A model generated the notes under the pieces. The model ran no database searches, was not told the DNA's origin, and saw only the letters and a list, made by a program, of their open reading frames with translations. Shown here in pieces: positions 47,204-53,333 of a stretch of 53,333 nucleotides of DNA (position 1 is its first letter; each line of letters opens with the position of its first letter). The DNA is from Phycisphaerales bacterium. Its GTDB lineage: Bacteria; Planctomycetota; Phycisphaerae; UBA1845; UTPLA1. The position numbers and the translations under genes were made by a program. Location: the NCBI GenBank assembly GCA_022360095.1, contig JAKSDK010000795.1, positions 1 to 53,333 of the forward strand, in the 5' to 3' direction.

Positions 47204-49576
47204 TCAAGCTTTGGCCATCCGGGTCTGGGAATGTGCCTGGATCAGCTCAATCAGCTTCTTCCGATCGATCGGTTTGGTTGTGTAATCGTCGCAGCCCGCC
47301 TTGATGCACTTCTCACGGTCTCCGGTCATGGCGTGTGCAGTCAGTGCAATGATGGGGCCGGTGTATCCCTTGACACGGAGGAGGCTGGTCGCCGTGTATC
47401 CGTCCAACACGGGCATTTGCATATCCATAAGGATAACGTCGAAAGGGTTCCCCGCTTCGACGGCCGGCATCGCCTTGTCCAAGGCAATCTGACCGTTCTC
47501 CGCGACTTCGACATCGGCGCCCGCCTTTTTGAGGACGTGCGAAATGAGTCTCTGATTGTCCGGGCCGTCCTCCGCGAGAAGAATTCGACATCCCGCGAGG
47601 GCATTTGCGTTTGCGACGGCCTTCGGTTTCTTGGTCTTGACGACGTTCGTCGACCTGGGACTCTCGACCATTCGCACGCCGTCAAGAGGTCCTGTGGTGA
47701 CCGTTGCTCGGAATCGTGTGCCGACGCCCTCCTGGGTGTCCACAATGGAGATATCGCCGCCGAGCATTTCCGCGAATCGTTTGCTGATCGTGAGTCCGAG
47801 GCCGGTTCCGCCGAACTGGCGTGCCATTGATGTGTCGCCTTGACTGAAGGCCTGGAAGAGTTTCGTGGCCTTTTGCTCCGACATCCCGATTCCCGTGTCG
47901 ACGACGTCGAATTGCATCATGGGGCAGGAATCATTGTCCGTAAATCGGAGGATAAGGCGTACGCCGCCGACTTCAGTGAATTTCACGGAGTTGCCAACGA
48001 GATTAAGGAGAATCTGACGTACGCGTGTCGGGTCTGATTGAATGGACTCAGGGATCGCCCCGATCGTTTCGATGTTGAACTTAAGCCCCTTGGCTTCGAC
48101 GCGTACACGTATGAGCGAGGCGACCTCGGACGCGATCTCATGTGGTGAACAGGGAATTCGCTCGATGGTCATTTTCCCGGCTTCGATCTTTGAGAGGTCG
48201 AGAATATCGTTGATGATTCCCAGGAGATGTTCACCATTGCGCCGGATGATCTCGGTGGCTTCGATGGTCTCGGGTTCAGTGACGTTGTCTGCGATCGTTT
48301 CGGTGAAACCCAGAATGGCCGTCATCGGGGTTCGAATCTCGTGGCTCATGTTCGCCAGGAATTCGCTCTTGGCTCTTGTCGCAAGGATCGCTTTGGCCTG
48401 GGCGTCCTGGAGGTTGGCGTTGATGTGAATCAACTGGTCCTGTTGCTCCTGGAGTTTCTCCTGTTGCAGTTGATGTTCACGGTTGATCTGACTGAGTTTC
48501 TCCTCAATCTTCTTTAATTTTGTGACGTCGGTTCGAATGGCGACGTATTCGCGTATTTTTCCGTTTTCGTCCTTGAACGGGACAATGGTGGCATCCACCC
48601 AATAGAATGAGCCGTCTTTCCTGCGGTTCTTGAAGACGCCCTGCCAAACTTGTCCTTTGGAGATCGTTCGCCACATGGTTCGATAGAACTCCGCGGAGTG
48701 AACATCCGATTTGACAATGCGATGATTTTGGCCGATCAGTTCCTCGCGCGAGAATCCGCTGATTTCGCAGAACGTGTCGTTGACGTACGTGATGTCACCT
48801 TTGACGTTTGCAATACTGACGATGTTGTGCTTGTCCAGTGCGAACTTCTGTGCGCTCAGATCGTGGTTCACCTTGATTAATTTTGCATTCGCCTCGTCGA
48901 TTCGATTGAGAATGGGTGTGTAAACCCGGTAGGTAAGGCCGACGGCGATCGCAATGAGCAGGAGCACCGCTACGCTCATGATCAAGGCCGATTCAAAAAA
49001 AGGCGCACGGATTTCCGATAGGTCGAATTTGCTGACGATTCCGAACGGAAGCCCTCGCAAAGGCTCGTAGGCCGCCAAGACCGATTCGCCGCGATAGTCA
49101 AGCAGCACGGCACTTCCGGATTGTCCGGATAGCGCCCGTCGCATTGGCTCGGCTGCCTCGGAACTCCACGGGATCGATGAGGTTGCGGTCGGGGAGTCGT
49201 GGCGCCGGGACAAGAGAAAGACAATCTGATCGCCAACACGTTTTGCCAGCGTGAATTCTCCGGTCATGCCGAAGTCCGGATATGACTCGTGAGCTTCGAC
49301 GAGCTTTTCGAGCGTCAGCAACGTTGGGTCGTGAATATCGAGTCTGGCGGCAAATTCCTTGTCCGATTGCGCCATTGTTTCGATGAGCCTTGCCCGACTC
49401 CTGACGGAATAGGCCAAGATCTCACCGTGCTTCTCCACGGCGGCGCCGTATAGTGCAAATACCGCGACGACGGTAACGGCGATTGTCGAGCAGGCCGTGA
49501 TCAGCGCGGAGTAAAAGAGTAGTCGTCTTCGATGATTCACCTGAATCCGTCCAACAAGCAACGCCTCGGCGGCCAT
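47204..49576 (-). CDS. Hybrid sensor histidine kinase/response regulator: TM, periplasmic sensor, TM, PAS, HisKA, HATPase_c, REC.
   Basis: H-box SHEIRTPM. N/G1/G2 boxes (LNLVGNSVKFT, DTGIGM, GGTGLGL). Receiver ILLAEDGPDNQ...DVILMDMQMPVLDG...K. Confidence 0.85.
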   Translation of the reverse strand: MAAEALLVGRIQVNHRRRLLFYSALITACSTIAVTVVAVFALYGAAVEKHGEILAYSVRSRARLIETMAQSDKEFAARLDIHDPTLLTLEKLVEAHESYPDFGMTGEFTLAKRVGDQIVFLLSRRHDSPTATSSIPWSSEAAEPMRRALSGQSGSAVLLDYRGESVLAAYEPLRGLPFGIVSKFDLSEIRAPFFESALIMSVAVLLLIAIAVGLTYRVYTPILNRIDEANAKLIKVNHDLSAQKFALDKHNIVSIANVKGDITYVNDTFCEISGFSREELIGQNHRIVKSDVHSAEFYRTMWRTISKGQVWQGVFKNRRKDGSFYWVDATIVPFKDENGKIREYVAIRTDVTKLKKIEEKLSQINREHQLQQEKLQEQQDQLIHINANLQDAQAKAILATRAKSEFLANMSHEIRTPMTAILGFTETIADNVTEPETIEATEIIRRNGEHLLGIINDILDLSKIEAGKMTIERIPCSPHEIASEVASLIRVRVEAKGLKFNIETIGAIPESIQSDPTRVRQILLNLVGNSVKFTEVGGVRLILRFTDNDSCPMMQFDVVDTGIGMSEQKATKLFQAFSQGDTSMARQFGGTGLGLTISKRFAEMLGGDISIVDTQEGVGTRFRATVTTGPLDGVRMVESPRSTNVVKTKKPKAVANANALAGCRILLAEDGPDNQRLISHVLKKAGADVEVAENGQIALDKAMPAVEAGNPFDVILMDMQMPVLDGYTATSLLRVKGYTGPIIALTAHAMTGDREKCIKAGCDDYTTKPIDRKKLIELIQAHSQTRMAKA

Positions 49577-49826
49577 TTGCGCACGATGACGTAACCAACG
49601 ATCGCATCTTGGCCCGGCCCACTTCGTATTGGATTAATCGGTTGGCGAAATCGCCGAATTGAATCGATGCTTCCGACTTAACTGGAGTTCGTTAGCGGCG
49701 CGCAAAGGGAGTCCGATAGTCGCGAAATTGATAATAGGACTCCCAAGATCACGCGCCGAGCGCACGATCCGCAGATGGGTATTCGCTCGCCGATACGCAT
49801 TACGACGTCCGATTATCAGGGACTGA

Positions 49827-49870
49827 AAGGGACCCGGAGAAGGGCCATGAGACGATACCGTCCCCCGGGT
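49827..49870 (-). terminator. Possible terminator hairpin downstream of lipoprotein gene 49884..51056.
   Basis: Inverted repeat gggacccgg...ccgggtccc with a long loop; tttcag follows on the minus strand. Confidence 0.3.
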
Positions 49871-49883
49871 CCCTTGGGTTAAG

Positions 49884-51056
49884 CTAGTCGCCTGTTGAGA
49901 CTTTGGTCAGCATGCCGGCGTTCGTGCGGTAGTCCTTGCCGATCAGATAAAGACAGGAACCTACGACGGCGATGCCTCGCCATTCAATGTCCGAGTCCGG
50001 AACCTCATAGGTCGCCGTGGCCAGGAGAGTTTCCAGATCGATCTGAACGATGCGTTGTGGATAGGAAGTAATTGCCCACAAGAAACGACCCTCCGAGGCG
50101 ATGGACTTGAGCTCGTCGTCGAACTCCACCGAGTCAAGCAGCTTGTCGGGCTCCGGCCCTTCGGCGTTCACTTTCAGGAAACCATAATGATTGGTGTCCT
50201 TAAACTTGCCGTGGAGCCACAGCACTTTGGCCGCGTCATCGAAGGCAATGGCCGCGATCTCGAAGGAGTTTGCGGTGAGTCCGAGTTCGGTCTGAAATAC
50301 GGAATCCACGACTTGCCCGTTATCCTTTGTTCGACGTTGCGCAAGGGCCTTTTCCAGAACCACGGGGCATCCATCGCAGACCCCCCAGAAATCATCGCCC
50401 TGGATCGCGAAAACGTTCAAGGTCTGGTCCGATTGTATCGGGTTGCCGATTTTGCCGGAGTCGGGTTTGATTGGATAAAGCATCTTGGTCGCTTCATCTG
50501 TAACCCATAGCGACGTGCCGTCATAGGCAAGACCGGAGTCTCGGCGCGGAAAAACGGCGAGTTCATCGAAGGTTTGTTCCACGATGAGACTTTTGCACTG
50601 AGATTCGTCCGGCAGCGTCTTTTCCCGTCGGAAGGTCGTCTTTAGATCCACGTCTTCAATCAATTCAAGCGTTTCCGGATCGGGCATTGCGTACAGCATC
50701 ACACCTGCTCCCGCAAAGACCTGGCTCTGGAGACCGCCGTAACCCAGGACGAGAGCGTTATCACTGATCCGGGCATAAACGGTATCGGAGCAATGGATCA
50801 TGTTCGTCTTTTGATTTCGGAAGGTCATCTTCAGGGTGCCGCCTTCATCCAGAACCAGATAATCCAGTGTCTCCTCGGAGAAAGAGAGTAACTCTCCGGA
50901 CTCGCGTCGCCAGACGCCCGTAAGATCGGGTTCGCCATCGGGTTGACCCGGTCCGGGGCCCGGATCGAACGGTGTCGGAGTGTCGCAACCGCCGGATGTG
51001 AATATTGCACAGCTCAAAAGGGCCATAGCGGACCAGAATTTTTCTTGATTCGTCAT
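49884..51056 (-). CDS. Hypothetical lipoprotein.
   Basis: The ORF track gives 49884..51167. ATG 51056 gives MTNQEKFWSAMALLSCAIFTSGGC (signal plus lipobox-like Cys) with AAGGAAAA upstream. Confidence 0.55.
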   Translation of the reverse strand: MTNQEKFWSAMALLSCAIFTSGGCDTPTPFDPGPGPGQPDGEPDLTGVWRRESGELLSFSEETLDYLVLDEGGTLKMTFRNQKTNMIHCSDTVYARISDNALVLGYGGLQSQVFAGAGVMLYAMPDPETLELIEDVDLKTTFRREKTLPDESQCKSLIVEQTFDELAVFPRRDSGLAYDGTSLWVTDEATKMLYPIKPDSGKIGNPIQSDQTLNVFAIQGDDFWGVCDGCPVVLEKALAQRRTKDNGQVVDSVFQTELGLTANSFEIAAIAFDDAAKVLWLHGKFKDTNHYGFLKVNAEGPEPDKLLDSVEFDDELKSIASEGRFLWAITSYPQRIVQIDLETLLATATYEVPDSDIEWRGIAVVGSCLYLIGKDYRTNAGMLTKVSTGD

Positions 51057-51093
51057 TGATTTTCCTTGTTTATCAAAGGACTTGGTAGATATG

Positions 51094-52818
51094 TTACACC
51101 GATGACGCGCAGCGGCACTTTGCACGTGTGTTTGACCGGTTTTTTTGACGTCGGCGGAGGCGGCCAAGGCCCAGAAGTGTCATGGGCATGACGCTCATGC
51201 CGGTGCCTGAGGCGCAAGGCTCGCCCGCGGGTGGAGCGGTGCAGGCGTCACCGATACCGTCGTCGTCGCTGTCGGTCTGATCGGGATTGGCGACATTCGG
51301 ACAATTGTCGATACAGTCGGCCACGCCGTCGTTGTCACGGTCCTCGTCCACGACATCACAGCCGCAAAGGCCGGGAGCAACTTTGTCGGGATCGTCGGGG
51401 CAGCCGTCCTCGTCGTCGCAAACCCCGTCATTGTCACGATCGTTCGTGTTGGGAAGGCCGCCACAACCTTCGTCGACATCGCATACACCATTGTTGTCGA
51501 GATCGACGTCCGGGACACCACACCCGCAAAGACCGGGGCGTGTTTTACCGGGGTCGTCCGGACAATCATCACGGCAATCGGGTCTTCCATCCCCGTCAGA
51601 GTCGGTGTCGGGTGCTTCGCAACCGCAGGTGCCGGGATCGATCTTGTCAGGATTGTCAGGGCATCCATCCTCGTCGTCGCAGATGCCGTCGTTGTCCCGA
51701 TCGCCTTGTTTGCCGCATCCTTGGTCAAAATCGCACACACCATCGTCGTCGAGGTCGATGTCCGGGACGCCGCACCCGCAAAGGCCGGGATTGATCTTAT
51801 TGGGATCGTCAGGACAAGGATCACGGCAATCGGGTCTTCCGTCACCGTCAGAATCAGTGTCGGGCAACTCGCAGCCACAGGGGCCGGGATCGATCTTGTC
51901 GGGATTGTCGGGGCATCCGTCCTGCTCGTCGCAGACGCCGTCATTGTCACGGTCGTCCGTGTCTGGAATTCCGCAGCCGCACATGCCGGGCTCGGCCTTG
52001 TCGGGATCATCGGGGCAACCGTCAAGGCAGTCGGCGATACCGTCCTCATCACGGTCGAGCAAATTGGAGTCATCCGGACAGGGATCGTAGCAATCGGGAA
52101 TCTCGTCACCATCCTCATCCGGAAACGTGAAAGCAAGGCTCCAAGAGACCAGCATGCCGGAGTCGTTTGCGCGTTGATCATTGATTCTCAGTTGCCATTC
52201 ACCGGCGGGATCGATGAGGTCGAAGTCGCTGAGGGATCCAATCGGTTGAAAGGTTCCGCGACACTCCGAGTTCGGCCGGCTGCAACTTGACGTCAGAATA
52301 TCGATGGCCGCTTCGTCGTCGAGTGTGACGTCGATGTGCGATTCGTCGCTGTTCAAGCCTGAAATCAACACGATGATGGTTTCCGTCGGAACGTGGATCA
52401 GGAATACGTCCAGGCTGCCGCGATGGTGATGATAGATGTTTACGGAAATGTCGACGTCGTAAACGCCCTCGCACTCCGGCTGCGATTCCGGCACGAAGAT
52501 GCTCGAAGGATCCATTTGTCCTTCTGTTTGACCCGGATCCTCCGGAATACGATTCTCACAACCGTTTCCAAATTCTTCGCAATCGAACAGTATTATGGCG
52601 CTCATGGCAGAGGCGACATTCGGCGTGATCCATAACACGACCAACATCATCGGAAAAATGAAAAGACCGTTCCTCGATGGCGGGTGAATCCCGCCTCGTC
52701 TTTCCTTTTTCGATGGCATCCATCCCCGTGGCGTCGCCAAGGACAGAGGCGGAGTTCTCCATCCAGCGTGTCTTGTTTTCACGGCCCCTGACGGCCGATG
52801 TGATACGATGCGTCTCAT
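51094..52818 (-). CDS. Secreted Ca-binding thrombospondin-type-3 (TSP3) repeat protein with a C-terminal Cys/hydrophobic/Arg-rich sorting-like tail. The start is probably an internal Met (52719 or 52650).
   Basis: More than 15 repeats of D-x-D-x-D-G-x-x-D-C-x-D-x-C-P-D (DRDNDGVCDDEDGCPDNPDKIDPG...). The C-terminus is ...CASGTGMSVMPMTLLGLGRLRRRQKN. Confidence 0.7.
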   Translation of the reverse strand: MRRIVSHRPSGAVKTRHAGWRTPPLSLATPRGWMPSKKERRGGIHPPSRNGLFIFPMMLVVLWITPNVASAMSAIILFDCEEFGNGCENRIPEDPGQTEGQMDPSSIFVPESQPECEGVYDVDISVNIYHHHRGSLDVFLIHVPTETIIVLISGLNSDESHIDVTLDDEAAIDILTSSCSRPNSECRGTFQPIGSLSDFDLIDPAGEWQLRINDQRANDSGMLVSWSLAFTFPDEDGDEIPDCYDPCPDDSNLLDRDEDGIADCLDGCPDDPDKAEPGMCGCGIPDTDDRDNDGVCDEQDGCPDNPDKIDPGPCGCELPDTDSDGDGRPDCRDPCPDDPNKINPGLCGCGVPDIDLDDDGVCDFDQGCGKQGDRDNDGICDDEDGCPDNPDKIDPGTCGCEAPDTDSDGDGRPDCRDDCPDDPGKTRPGLCGCGVPDVDLDNNGVCDVDEGCGGLPNTNDRDNDGVCDDEDGCPDDPDKVAPGLCGCDVVDEDRDNDGVADCIDNCPNVANPDQTDSDDDGIGDACTAPPAGEPCASGTGMSVMPMTLLGLGRLRRRQKNRSNTRAKCRCASSV

Positions 52819-52999
52819 CGTGCACCTCCATTTTTCGTTTGGAACATGTATGCGACATGGAGATGACGCTATTCACGCTTTTTTTTCGGTGGGGGGGGCG
52901 GGGACGGTTTCGCCAGGCTCGGGTGAGGCTGGTGGTACGTGAATAGTGCGCTAATAACGAACCCGGAATGGCGGTCGGAGTCGCCGCGCCGCGTATGCA

Positions 53000-53333
53000 T
53001 TATTCGTCGTGAATCGCTCGGTCCGTGATGATCCACAGGTAATCGGTCCGAAGGAGCCCTTTGAGTGCCGGACTATTGGGTAGCACCTCGTGACGTCCGG
53101 ACGGCGAGTCATCGTAGGCGGCAAAATTGGTTTGGTCCGGGGGATGAAGCTGCTTCTCCTTAATAGGATAGCCCGCTCTCGCGTGGCAGTTCATGCAATT
53201 GGTGGGCATGGGATGGATCACCAGCTCGATGTAAGGATTGTATGCGACGTGCTCTGTTCCATCGTACTCCCGCGGTGTCACCTGATTGTAAGCTGTCGTC
53301 ATCAGGTAGTTTTGCCAAGGACCGGCAGGCAAA
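53000..53333 (-). CDS. Hypothetical protein, 5'-truncated by the window edge, with one CxxCH haem-binding motif.
   Basis: ORF open to the window end. NCMNCHARAG. Confidence 0.3.
   Translation of the reverse strand, partial: LPAGPWQNYLMTTAYNQVTPREYDGTEHVAYNPYIELVIHPMPTNCMNCHARAGYPIKEKQLHPPDQTNFAAYDDSPSGRHEVLPNSPALKGLLRTDYLWIITDRAIHDE

Noticed and set aside
51195-52290. Overlapping ORFs on both strands inside the TSP3 gene (51195..52181, 51287..52090, 51706..52290)
   Set aside because: The repetitive GC-rich DNA gives long open frames in every phase. Only the D-x-D-x-D-G frame has a recognisable protein signature.
1-53333. CRISPR arrays, rRNA and tRNA genes
   Set aside because: I scanned the intergenic regions (1-125, 4829-5172, 8175-8343, 11541-11698, 25102-25423, 46898-47203, 49577-49883, 52819-52999) for regularly spaced repeats and for tRNA T-loop or acceptor features, and none were seen. 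The only tandem array (45524-45680) is coding.

Overview
GC-rich (~58-62% over most of the window) bacterial chromosomal segment. Its gene content looks planctomycete-like, but that is an inference, not a database result. From left to right the window holds: (i) an AT-rich orphan Rhs/YD-repeat toxin module with a putative immunity ORF, flanked by a ~215-bp direct repeat and two paralogous TM + zinc-ribbon proteins; (ii) a lone pilT with a clear intrinsic terminator; (iii) secreted beta-propeller proteins (PQQ-repeat; NHL-repeat with C-terminal dockerin), then GAF, HAD, TPR and GT2 genes; (iv) a long, same-strand cell-wall/division (dcw) cluster rsmH-LysM-ftsL-ftsI-murE-murF-mraY-ftsW-murG-murC-murB-ddl-ftsQ. 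It lacks mraZ, murD, ftsA and ftsZ, is preceded by a BshC-like 530-aa gene and followed by two polytopic membrane proteins; (v) dnaE, sucC (no adjacent sucD), citrate synthase and a flotillin/NfeD pair; (vi) a tightly packed minus-strand operon: myo-inositol-1-phosphate synthase - TIM-barrel isomerase - UbiA prenyltransferase - TIM-barrel isomerase - AlkP-family phosphodiesterase. This is the best candidate for an undescribed biosynthetic system, a prenylated cyclitol or inositol lipid. Its MIPS carries a Lys-rich tail encoded by 18-bp tandem repeats; (vii) a hybrid sensor kinase, a lipoprotein and a Ca-binding TSP3-repeat protein with a Cys/hydrophobic/Arg C-terminal sorting-like tail. No rRNA, tRNA or CRISPR array was recognised. 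Many long antisense ORFs in the six-frame track are treated as artefacts of high GC.
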